Assembly (NCBI RefSeq): GCF_006345805.1
Contig: NC_043021.1
Span: 310,001-374,000 of the forward strand
Length of the DNA stretch: 64,000 nt
From: Octopus sinensis
Taxonomy: Eukaryota
Direction of reading: 5' to 3'
In this document: positions 54,178 to 64,000 of the stretch, piece by piece
Layout of the letters: the number at the start of each line of letters is the position of its first letter
How positions within the stretch are numbered: position 1 is the first letter of the stretch
The notes under the pieces: generated by a model
The model's database searches: none
What the model was told of the DNA's origin: nothing
What the model saw: the letters and a program-made list of their open reading frames with translations, nothing else
Made by a program: the position numbers and the translations under genes

Positions 54178-56084
54178 ATATATATATAGATATATATATA
54201 TATATAAGATATATATATCTTTATAATAATAATAATATTAGGGAATATTATTCCAAACTTACAGGGAAAATTCAATTTTACCAATTATATACTTTTTATT
54301 TATTATTTTGTTCATTACTTAATCATTGGTATATGTTTTTATCTTATATATAATGTTTTCTATATCGTATAATTTAATTATTTCATTGTTGAATTGATAA
54401 AAGGTGGATTTTTCTAATTTATATATATAATCGAGAAATTGAGAGATGACCAGCGGCATGTATTTGAAAAAATGGAAAATATTATAGAACATGAATTATG
54501 CTGATCCAAGCCTGTCCTTTAACTGATTGACATGTTAGTTTTGGAGAATACTTTCTTCTTGAAATTATATCCTCTGTCCCTCAGAAGTTGGTCTTAATTG
54601 CCATTTGATAATTATAAACATGTTCTACTGGCAGATATAATTTTATTAAATCAAGAATTGATGTTATATGATATTTGAGATACTCGTATGCGAGTACATC
54701 GTTCAAATATTTACTCCAAGCCTCCCTCAACTGTTTCTCTTAGCTCCGTTTTGTTTCAATTATGCAAATCATCAACGTGTTCTCTTTTTTTTATAATTCT
54801 AATTCCCTTCGACACTAACAATAAGGTGGGACAATAGAGTTTACTGACGATGTCTACTGAGGCAGAAGCATGTACCTACGACTCTCCTCTTATCTCCAGA
54901 CAATAAGTATACGTTTTTCTTTAATGCCATGTCGACTTCAATGAATTCTTATTACCTTCGTTTGTCACGTGGAGGTAGTTTTAATTATTGTCTGCTAATT
55001 ATAACATATTCTCTTCAGGCAGAAGCAAAATAAACCAGGCACTTATGCCGCATGGTATTTAATATACCTGAATTTATTTATGTATTTATCTACGCATACA
55101 TATATATATGAGCAAAATATGTATTATTATATAGATTAATATATATATACATGCATATATGTGTACTATATCATATATACACGTATATATATATATATAT
55201 ATATTATATAATATATATAATATATATATATATATATACACGTATATATATATATATATATAATATATATATATATACGTATATACATGTGAGCGTGTAC
55301 GCGCGTAGAGCGTGTACGCGCGTAATGTCCGTCTATATATGCGGATATTCTGTTGTATGTATGTGTGTGTGCGCGCGTGCGTGTGGGTGCGTGTGTGTTT
55401 ATGTACGTGTTTACACGCGAGTGCGTGTGGTTTGCTTATAGACTTGGAGACGTATATGTACGCGTGTATGTGGGTGTATGTACCCATGATGATATGTATG
55501 TACTGGAAGTCCATTTAATTCAGGAACCAGATTAACTCTCATCAGCTCTGATTTACGACGAAACCGTTAATTTACTGACAGTTCTACAACTAAGTTTTAT
55601 CAATCTCCTGACCACCATGCTGGGTCCGCGACCTCTATACATCCCTTATCTTTACATTCTTTTACACTTTTATCATTTTTTTATCAGGTTCTTTTACTTC
55701 TTTTACTATTATTTCCATTTCTATTTTTACTTTACAACATTATGCCTTTACATTATTTATATTTCTTTATATTTCTTTATACCCCCTTTACATCTCCTTA
55801 CAACTCTTTATATCTTTATCCTCTACATTTTTATATTATTTTATATTATTTTATATTTCTTATCCCTCGTCCCGAACTCTCGCCCCTCCATCTTCACCTC
55901 TATATACGTATTTATTTATTTACATACCTCAACATCCAAGTTTCCTCATTCTACATTGAGAGAAGAAAGAGATGGACGATTCAATTCGATGCTGCTGCCG
56001 CATTATGTCGTACGGGAACGAGAAGATTTGCATCCCCACCAAGAATTTCGGAAGTAACACATGTCCTTGTGGAAGCTGTTGTGC

Positions 56085-56162
56085 GCGGCTGAAGAAGGCC
56101 ACAGACATACATTATGATTTGTTATGAATCTGTCTAATAAAGGCCCGAAACATATGTACCGC
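56085..56162 (+). ncRNA. Type I hammerhead ribozyme (candidate, palindromic stem III)
   Basis: Stem I GCGG/CCGC; CTGAAGA 56089-95; stem II (A)GGCC/GGCC(C) with long structured loop; GAA; palindrome ACATATGT; GTA triplet 56156-58. Confidence 0.6.
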
Positions 56163-56237
56163 TGAATCCTTCGCCTCATGTTTTTATTTTTATTTTTATT
56201 TTGATCAATTTATATATATATATATATATATATATAC

Positions 56238-57053
56238 GTGTTTCCATGTGTACCTGTTCAATGCTAATGAACAGTTGGAAAGAATATGTTTCAGTGTTCC
56301 GACATTTCCGCATTTGCATATGTCATTCTCTGAGACGTTCCATCTTACTAGATTTGTAGGTGATGGCAAAACATCATAGGATGAACGAATCAGAAAACTT
56401 AGCCGAGATGTGGTCCACTTCCATATCTCATCCCAACTTATTTTCCTCTCAACAACATGTTCTTCCCATCTCGTCATCTGTCCTTGTTGAATACATCGGA
56501 TCAAATGAAGCTCTCTTCTCTCCGCTTCCCTCGTTTTGACGCTGTTGCTAGCAACAGATCTGTGTTCGCTCCGCTTCAAACTTGCAAACGGTCTCAACTG
56601 ATCTGCGCCAAAACCAAGTCCTTTCTGATGGTTTTGCATTGCACTCACCATATCTCTGTGTATAAGAGAAGACAAGATGTCATCAGTCTCTGCTTCTGCT
56701 TTCCACTTCCTGGCTGTTTTCACTTCTGGTGGATTACGTCGGATTTCCATGTCCTTCGATTCTCTGAGCATCATCACCGTTCGTACCTTCCCCAGTTTGT
56801 ATATTTCGACTATTGACGCTAGTGGTAACTGTAACGAGCTTCTTTTACGATAAAGAGCTCAACTGTTCAACATCCGAGGTAGGCCTAGCCACTTTCTAAT
56901 GAACACATTACATTTTTGTTCAATGATCTGAACTCGTGACAAGGCTACCTCGTATATTAAAAGTGGCCACGAAAGTCGCGGGTACAAGCCGAACTGTAAG
57001 CACCAAATTTTATAGTTACCTGGTAACTTCGAGTTATCAATCGTTGATAATCC
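56238..57053 (-). mobile_element. HERO-clade (R2-like) non-LTR retrotransposon ORF fragment
   Basis: Single frame with one stop: SKLPGNYKIWCLQFGLYPRLSWPLLIYEV...IRKWLGLP...KGLG...QQGQMTRWE...RKISWDEIW...FLIRSSYDVLPSPTNL..W...CKC...LKHILSNC...RYTWKH. Confidence 0.85.
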
Positions 57054-57054
57054 A

Positions 57055-57154
57055 NNNNNNNNNNNNNNNNNNNNNNNNNNNNNNNNNNNNNNNNNNNNNN
57101 NNNNNNNNNNNNNNNNNNNNNNNNNNNNNNNNNNNNNNNNNNNNNNNNNNNNNN
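57055..57154. other. Assembly gap (100 N)
   Basis: Run of exactly 100 N, typical of a scaffolding join of unknown size. Confidence 0.98.
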
Positions 57155-57311
57155 GTTAACTAGAGTAGACTTTGTGACACAAACTACATTTATCATATAT
57201 ACACGCACTTATACTTGCAAACATGTTTATGTGTGTATACATACATACAAGGATGTATGCATGCATAATATATATGTGTGTGCGTGGATATATTTATACA
57301 TACACACACAT

Positions 57312-57378
<67 letters not shown>

Positions 57379-57889
57379 AAAAGTAGATAAATGATTATCT
57401 TATTTATATATATATATATTATAATATATATATATATATAGATATATACACACACACATAGTGTGTGTATACTTACATGGAAATGGATGCGTGGCATTCA
57501 TTAAATAATAATATAATGTATATGCATATATGGGTACAGGACGTCACCAACAGTAAACAACATGAAATGCGAAAAAAATGAGTTAGATACGCAAATAACG
57601 AGAGAAAAAATGAAGGCAAGTAATACAAAGAATGACCCTTCATCAGTTGTCGGCTGTCTGTCTACTCCCCATTTTGAGCAATCAATGACAATATGAGTCT
57701 TCGAAGACAGTTGCTCCCATAAATACCAAAATAAAATTTTGAATTTATGGAGGGTCAAAGTTAGGAACAAAAACAGGACAGTGGAGACATACAAGGAAAC
57801 CAAACGAAAACAAACATGGAGCGTCGTTAAATTTGAATATTTTCTTTGAAAGAGAAAAGATAGAAGAGAGAGATAAGAGACATCCAGTC

Positions 57890-58120
57890 CTTATAACGTC
57901 CCTACATGTGGGGGATGTAAGTGTCTTCAAAATAAAACTGGATCTCCTACTGTCAAGTATTTTGGATGACCCTACCTCATGGCATAAAATACAGATGAGG
58001 GCAGCAGTATCAAATTCACTTATTCGTCGAATTCCACATATCAGATGAGGTTTCAAGTAATGATGGTGTAACAAAGTAAACTGGTGGCTCAGCAAGGCCG
58101 TAGCTCACAAGTTGAAACTA
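57890..58120 (+). pseudogene. CR1/Jockey-like LINE 3' end with 3' UTR
   Basis: DVSVFKIKLDLLLSSILDDP...RAAVSNSLI.. resembles the FK.KLD.FL..VPD.P...RAA.SNSL terminal motif; tail GGTGGCTCAGCAAGGCCGTAGC...TTGAAAC. Confidence 0.65.
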
Positions 58121-58149
58121 GTTAAAGATTATTGGTATTTGACAATTAA

Positions 58150-58700
58150 AAGTACTCAATGTAACTGTAGAGGACTGTAACTGTAAAGACCAAAGATATC
58201 GCTTATTTCTGCCAAGTCCTTTGATCCCATGCTTACATCAAATGAATCTTTAGTGTTTTTCCTAATCCAGAAAGCATTGTTGTAGAAAAGGAGCGATTCC
58301 CTTGCTTGTAATATCGTTTCTATTTCAGTGTCGTTTATTGTGGTTCTAGTTTTAGCGAAGTTCAAAGCAGCTTTAAGAATAGGTTTTGTTATTGACACAA
58401 AATAATCTCTGATGTCAAACTCAAAGAAATGACATTCATTTTTGTTTGAGATCTTGCTGAGCAAATCAATTACTTCGTTTGTGTTACTCCAGAGATGTAA
58501 AGTTTTTGTTTTTATTTTTAGTGAGAATTTGTCTATGTTTTTTTCTTAAATTAATAATGCCTATGACCTGTTTCGAGCGAATTATAAGTCTGAATAGGTT
58601 ACCACTGGAGTTTGGTTTGTGTTATTTCATGGTTATATATGGCTATTTTGGAGTTAATGTGTCTTACTCTCTAATCTATTAAGTTTAGCTATTTGATGGT
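58150..58700 (-). pseudogene. Penelope-like reverse transcriptase remnant
   Basis: ISNKNECHFFEFDIRDYFVSI...ARESLLF...W..K...FDVSMGSKDLAEISDIFGLY; upstream AYIT.K*HK..RLI motif. Confidence 0.8.
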
Positions 58701-58962
58701 GTTTACATCATTTAAAGATATTTTGTGTGTGTGTGTGTGTGTATGTGTATGTATGTGTGTGTGTAGGCAGGCAGGCAGGCATGCAGGTAGGTATGTAGGT
58801 CGGTAGGTAGGTGGGTAGGTCGGTAGGAAGGTAGGTAGGTAGGTAGGTAGGTAGGTAGGTTGGCATGTGTATGTACATATATCTATATGAGGCTAAGTCA
58901 AAAATTATATGCACTCTTGTTTCTGTAATTTATTAAGACAGAAGTTGGTGGGGGGAATTACA

Positions 58963-59800
58963 TCAATTTTCCGGCTTCGTCTCTTTGCTTTCCGATGTAC
59001 TTCCAGCGATACACAACTTTGTTGATTCCACCGGAGAAGAAGGCTTTCTTATGCTCACGCAGCCATCTATGAACTGCTTCCTGTGCTTCTTTGTCAGAAA
59101 CAAATCAACGATATTGTAAAGGGTGTTTGAGAGTCCTAGAGAGGAGATAGACGATAGGGGCGAGATCTGGACTGTATGCAGAGTGTTCCAGCAACTGGAA
59201 ATCCGATTTGTCAATGGTTTCGACGCTGTATATGGTAGTATGTGGGTGAGCATTATTGTGAAACAATAACGCTTGATTTAAAATAGACTTCGGTGTTTGG
59301 TGTGTACTGCTCGTTCCAGTTTGTTGGCCAGTTTTTCACTGTAGCCTACATTGGTCACTGTAGACTCTTTGTTCCAGTTAATGTTCCAGTAAGGGTCCAT
59401 TTGCGTCTCCCATCACATTGTCTGCAGAAAGTTAAGTCTTAAATTTCTTTTTCGTTGGCGATTCTAGGTGTTTCCACTCCATATTCTGTCTTTTGGATTC
59501 TGGCTCAAAGTGATGCACCCAGGTCTCATCTCATGTGACTATTCCCTCCAAAAGACAAACTTCGACTTTATCGTTGTTGCGATCGAGTAAGCGTTGACAG
59601 GTCTATACTCGATTGCATTTATTCGCCCCGGTAAACTCTTTTGGCAACTATTTCGGACAGACTTTACGGAAGCGAATTTTGTGGATTATTTCGTATGCAG
59701 AACCATGACTAATTTCAAGAGAAAATGCTGCCTCTTGGACAGTCAAAGCTCGGATCGATGAAACCATCTCCCGAGTTTGTTAAATGTTGACGTCAGTGGT
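58963..59800 (-). pseudogene. mariner (DD34D) transposase pseudogene
   Basis: IVT*DETWVHHFEPESKRQNMEWKH..SP.KKKFK, NNAHPH, LLEHSAYSPDLAP, FVSDKEAQEAVHRWL...FFSGGINKVVYRW; multiple stops and frameshifts. Confidence 0.9.
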
Positions 59801-60001
59801 AGATAATCTTTGACTTCCCATTGTGTATAAGATACATACATACATACATACATACATACATACATACATACATACATACATACATACATACATACATACA
59901 TACATACATACATACATTGCTGAGACTGTTTAACATAGGTAGATGTTATACAGTGAATAAACATTATTTGATGCAAAACACTACACAACGTGTGTATATA
60001 T

Positions 60002-60061
<60 letters not shown>

Positions 60062-60063
<2 letters not shown>

Positions 60064-60708
60064 CGGGTAAAAATTCATGGACGAGTTCTCTCCAGCTGTC
60101 TTTGTCCCTCATCATCGCTACCATGTCCTGTGCCTCCCAGAGACCAGTGTCTGTCCTTAAGGCATCAACACATGCCATCCTCAGTATTCTCGTGTAGGAC
60201 CCATCCACCATCTGAGTGAGCTTGGTCAGTGTCCAACTCTTAGACCCGTACAACAGCACAGACTCCACTGCAGCTACGAAGAGATGGGTCTTCAGGTCTT
60301 TACGAACGTCCGACTGCCATACAGATCTCAAACTGTAGCATGCCAACCAGGATTTGCTCTTCCTCTCAACTATATCGCCCTCTGTGTTCCCAATATTTGC
60401 TCCCAGATACAGGAAGTCCTCAACCAACTCTAGTGGCTTCCCGCCTATATTTATAATCTTCTCTGGCTTCTTAATGTTCTCTACCAGCCCCACACTCATC
60501 GACACAGTTCTCCGCCTCCTGCATCAACTCTTCTTCCTCCCTCACTGTGTTTGTCACTAGAACTATGTCGTCAGCAAATTCAGCATCTGGTATCTTTTTA
60601 GCTTTAACCCTGAGCCGGCGCTGCAGTAAAGCCAGTGTTCTGGTTTTTCTCCAACGCAAGGTGCATACAATAGTCCACTACGATGATAAAAAGGTAGGGA
60701 GCCAATGT
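60062..60708 (-). pseudogene. RTE-X-like LINE RT fragment with internal deletion and 3' end
   Basis: TLAPYLFIIVVDY, DAEFADDIVL, VEDFLYLG, LFVAAVESVLLYGSKSWTL, DGSYTRILRMA then a jump to DALRTDTGL...M.D...W; ends in (TA)n. Confidence 0.85.
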
Positions 60709-61000
60709 GGTCGATTCTGTTGAATGCTTTACTGAAGTCAAGCTATATGACATCAGAGTTCGAACCTGATCCGAAGGCTTTAAGGACATCATCGATGTTA
60801 GAGCTGTATTAGACAGTCTCTGCCGCAGCGAAAGCCATCCTAGTTTGAATTTAGGAGAGTGTGACTCTCTAGGAAGCCAGTTATCCTTGATCTCACCACC
60901 CTTTCAAACACTTTAAAGAATAGGGGGGGGGGGGGAATGAGATTGGATGGTAGTTGACTGCGAGGGATCTGTTTTCCTGCTTGAAAATCGGGATGACATA
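60707..61000 (-). pseudogene. CR1/Jockey-like LINE RT N-terminal fragment
   Basis: VIPIFKQENRSLAVNYHPIS...KVFERVVR...FLESHTLLNSN*DGFRCGRDCLIQL...DVI*LDFSKAFNRIDH. Confidence 0.85.
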
Positions 61001-61050
61001 CTAGGATAGTAGGTGTTTCGGTATGTAACCTGAGTCTAAAGAATTTAGAT

Positions 61051-61233
61051 GCAGGCGTCGCTGTGCATGGTAAGATTGCTTCCCAACCACATGGATCCGG
61101 CTTCAGTTCCACTGCGTGGCACTTTTAGCAAGTGGCTTCAACTGTACCCTCGGGCTGACCAAAGCCATGTGAGTGAATTTGGTAAATGGAAACTGAAAGG
61201 AGCCCTTTGTGTGTGTGTGTGTGTGTGTGTGTG

Positions 61234-61274
<41 letters not shown>

Positions 61275-61512
61275 CGTGTGTGTGTGTGTGTGTAAATATA
61301 TATGTGTGCGTGTCTTTGCGTCTGTGTGTGTATCCCACCACCGCTTTACAACCAGTGTTGGTATGTTTGCGTCTCCGTAACCTAGCAGCTCCGGAAAAGA
61401 GTCCGATGGAATAAGTATCAGACTCAAATAAATAGGTAATGGGGTTAATTTGTTCGACTAAATTTCTTTAAAGCGGTGCCCCAGCATGGCCGCGGTCTAA
61501 TGACTGAAACAA
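61051..61512 (+). mobile_element. SINE family A, full length with internal (GT)n
   Basis: Head CTTCCCAACCACATGG..CCGG.TTCAGTTCCACTGCGTGGCAC, tail GCGGTGCCCCAGCATGGCCGCGGTCTAATGACTGAAAC. Confidence 0.88.
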
Positions 61513-61649
61513 ATTATAGAAAAAAAGAATACCTGTATGTATTTGTTCTCGTCTGCTTTTAAATATTTGAAGTCTGCTTGTAAGGAACAAAGATACAAAG
61601 ATCCCTCGTTGGAATGTTGACAACAAAAACAGCGTCACATTTTAAATTT

Positions 61650-62930
61650 GAGGAAAGTTTTGCATATTTTTACTGTTCCGCTTACAGATTGTATTTGTAA
61701 TGTGCGAGTTGGTTGATTTCTTTTTCTGAAAACCCTAGCAAATCCAGATTATCTCTTAGGCATTTTCTCACAAAACTAAGAGCAGCAATTATTATTGGTA
61801 ATAAGTTTTAATTCATAATCTGCTTATAAAAGCTGGATGTGTCTTAGCAGTTGTTTGTAGTTATCCTCTTTCTCTTTGGTTTCCGAAGAGTTAACATTTA
61901 TAAGCAGCTGACCTCTGTGATGGTACATAAGTTTTCTTCTCCATCCCAAACAACTATATCCTGTCTATCCTGTCTGCACTTGACTCAAGTTTCGATAGGA
62001 ATCGTCCACCAATATTCCCTGTGTTAACGTTTGTGTATCAATTCTTTATGTTTATCTCGTGACCGTCTTTTTCATTTTTATATTCGGATGGCATTGTATA
62101 TTGTTTTTGATCGCTGAGCGAGAAATATGCAGTAACAGTACTGAATAGTAAAGATTATTTGCCAACATAATGTGTGTCGGTAGCCAACGGGAAAAGATGT
62201 TTTCCTGGGGTTAAAAGACAGTAACATCGTCCTTGCATAGGACTGCCACATTATAATGGCAAACAAACTTTACTATTGTATATTGTCTTCGTGACAAAGT
62301 TATGTCGCTGATCTCGTGTGTAATGTCCTCCACAGAAATGTGACGTAATCGACGTTTTCGATTGCATCATGGAACTACAAGGGTCCCACTGTCTTTTTTG
62401 TTTATCATTTCAGCCACGATGCATTCTGATTGAAATCTTTCTATTCGTTCCAGATTTTTGATCAGTATCGTTCAAGATTTTCTTAACTGTAATGATTTCC
62501 TCCCTTCTCTCCCGGGATAATAACTGTGGATTGAAAGCAAAGCTGAGGTTTCATTTGGCTCGCTCCGATATTCTTCTTCGTTCGGAGCCTTAAATCCGTG
62601 CTGAAGAGTAATTAGCTTTCCGTCAAGTGTTTGGTGTTAGCTTTGAATAACATGTAATTGGTGAGGTGAGAATTCATTAATCCCTTTACATCTTATTATT
62701 GTTGTTAATCATCCAACATGGCGGCGCAAATTGTCGATGTCTTCATCAAGTCTTGTTTTCCACGTCGGTTGTTTCTGTTTAGTAATCTCATTAACACGCA
62801 CCACGCGCGCCGTAGGTTTCTCCTTTGGTGTCTTTTAATTGTAACAGAAGCTAAGTATATGAAGGTATTATGTGTCCAATAATTAACATCATATGATTCC
62901 ATGTGTTCATCAGCCACATCACCGATAACT
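61650..62930 (-). pseudogene. Heavily deleted Dong/R4-clade LINE (N-terminal, knuckle and RLE remnants)
   Basis: EYWWTIPIET, DIVVWD...CTITEVSC, KEKEDNYKQLLRHIQLL, PIIIAAL, LQIQSVSGTVKICKTFLKF*; upstream KTIYNAIR and YWTHNTFIYLASVTIK. Confidence 0.7.
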
Positions 62931-63390
62931 TTGAATGTGAGAGCAGTTGGTTGGGATTTTTTTTTTAAGAAGGATGGCCCGCTGTGGTTCAGCGGCAGCC
63001 CCGAAAAACTGGGAATGTTTTTGTTTTTTTTACGAACAGTCGTTTTAGCATCTTAAATTGAATGTATTCCACAGTCGTTTCTTTTGAATCAGTTGCAGAT
63101 GGCGATACATGAGAGTTTCTAGTGATGGTCGCAGCGGTAATTTTACTTTAGTTTCTATCCCTCTAATTCCAGATTTTGAGCGGTTCTCAGTGTTTTGAGG
63201 AAATCGATTAGCATTACAGGAGTTGGAATAGCAGCTACTGAGACAACCATTTTAGCCTCCTTGCAAAGAAAGATGCTGCTTGTCGAAGCCGTTTGGCCGT
63301 AAAATATCTAGTTTTGTCTGAGGCTGATAGGAAGTTGACAATACCGTATATGCATGCATGTATGTATGTATGTACGTACGTGTGCATGTG

Positions 63391-63430
<40 letters not shown>

Positions 63431-63599
63431 GTGTGCTCAGGTTTGTGTATTTGCATATATGTATTATGCATGCGTGTGTGTGTGTGTGTGTCTGCATGCA
63501 TGCATGCATATATGTTCAAAAGTATTTTTACGGTTTACACGCTTTGTATTTTATATAATTTTCAAATATGTGTATGCATACACGTGTACCCACATATAC

Positions 63600-63745
63600 G
63601 CATACACACAGGTGCTGCCGGAGAGATGATGGATTTGATCCCCTAACCGCCTTAGGGGCTCCACTCCGGATTTGGCTACGGTTTACTCTCTGAAACAGGT
63701 TGTACTGGGCTACATGGTACCTGTAGTACTCGAGAGCGACCTGAC
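63600..63745 (-). mobile_element. Second copy of the structured LINE-type 5' leader
   Basis: Terminal 50 nt align with 41125-41174; followed by GCCAAATCCGGAGTGGAGCCCCTAAGGCGGTTAGGGG. Confidence 0.55.
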
Positions 63746-64000
63746 ATACATGCATGCATGCATACATACATACATGCATGCATACATACATACATACATA
63801 CATACATACATACATACATACATACATACATACATACATACATACATACATACATACATACATACATACATGCGCGGACAACTGCTTCGAAACCTCCAGC
63901 TTCCAAATCCAGATTATAAATTCACATTTATACCAGTAATAATTGGTGTACTTGGGTTTGTGAGTAAATGCGTAAATGATAATCTTGATAAGTTTAGATA

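Overview
AT-rich eukaryotic (animal) DNA with extreme microsatellite density ((AT)n, (GT)n, (TATG)n, (TAGA)n, (AAT)n, (GGT)n). The SINE/LINE content looks like a coleoid cephalopod, probably Octopus (inference, not verified). Nearly all ORFs in the supplied track are translations of microsatellites. Supportable content is mobile-element debris: about 20 tRNA-derived SINE copies from three families; LINE fragments of Dong/R4 (three), Tx1/L1, HERO, RTE-X and CR1-like clades; several Penelope-like (PLE) RT and GIY-YIG remnants; mariner and maT transposase pseudogenes; and MITE candidates. There is a 100-N scaffold gap at 57055-57154. No host gene could be named, but a plausible start-codon exon encoding a hydrophobic N-terminus lies at 50615-50756 (+), with two well-bounded exon candidates upstream. 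The most notable signal is a set of hammerhead ribozyme motifs: one near-complete extended type I hammerhead (5771-5839), a second with a palindromic stem III (56085-56162), and several decayed ones at PLE-like ends. Also notable: a structured LINE 5' leader found twice, a Dong element inserted in a (TAA)n tract, two cross-clade LINE fusions, and a 10-bp-phased CRE-like array. All folds and translations were done by eye.
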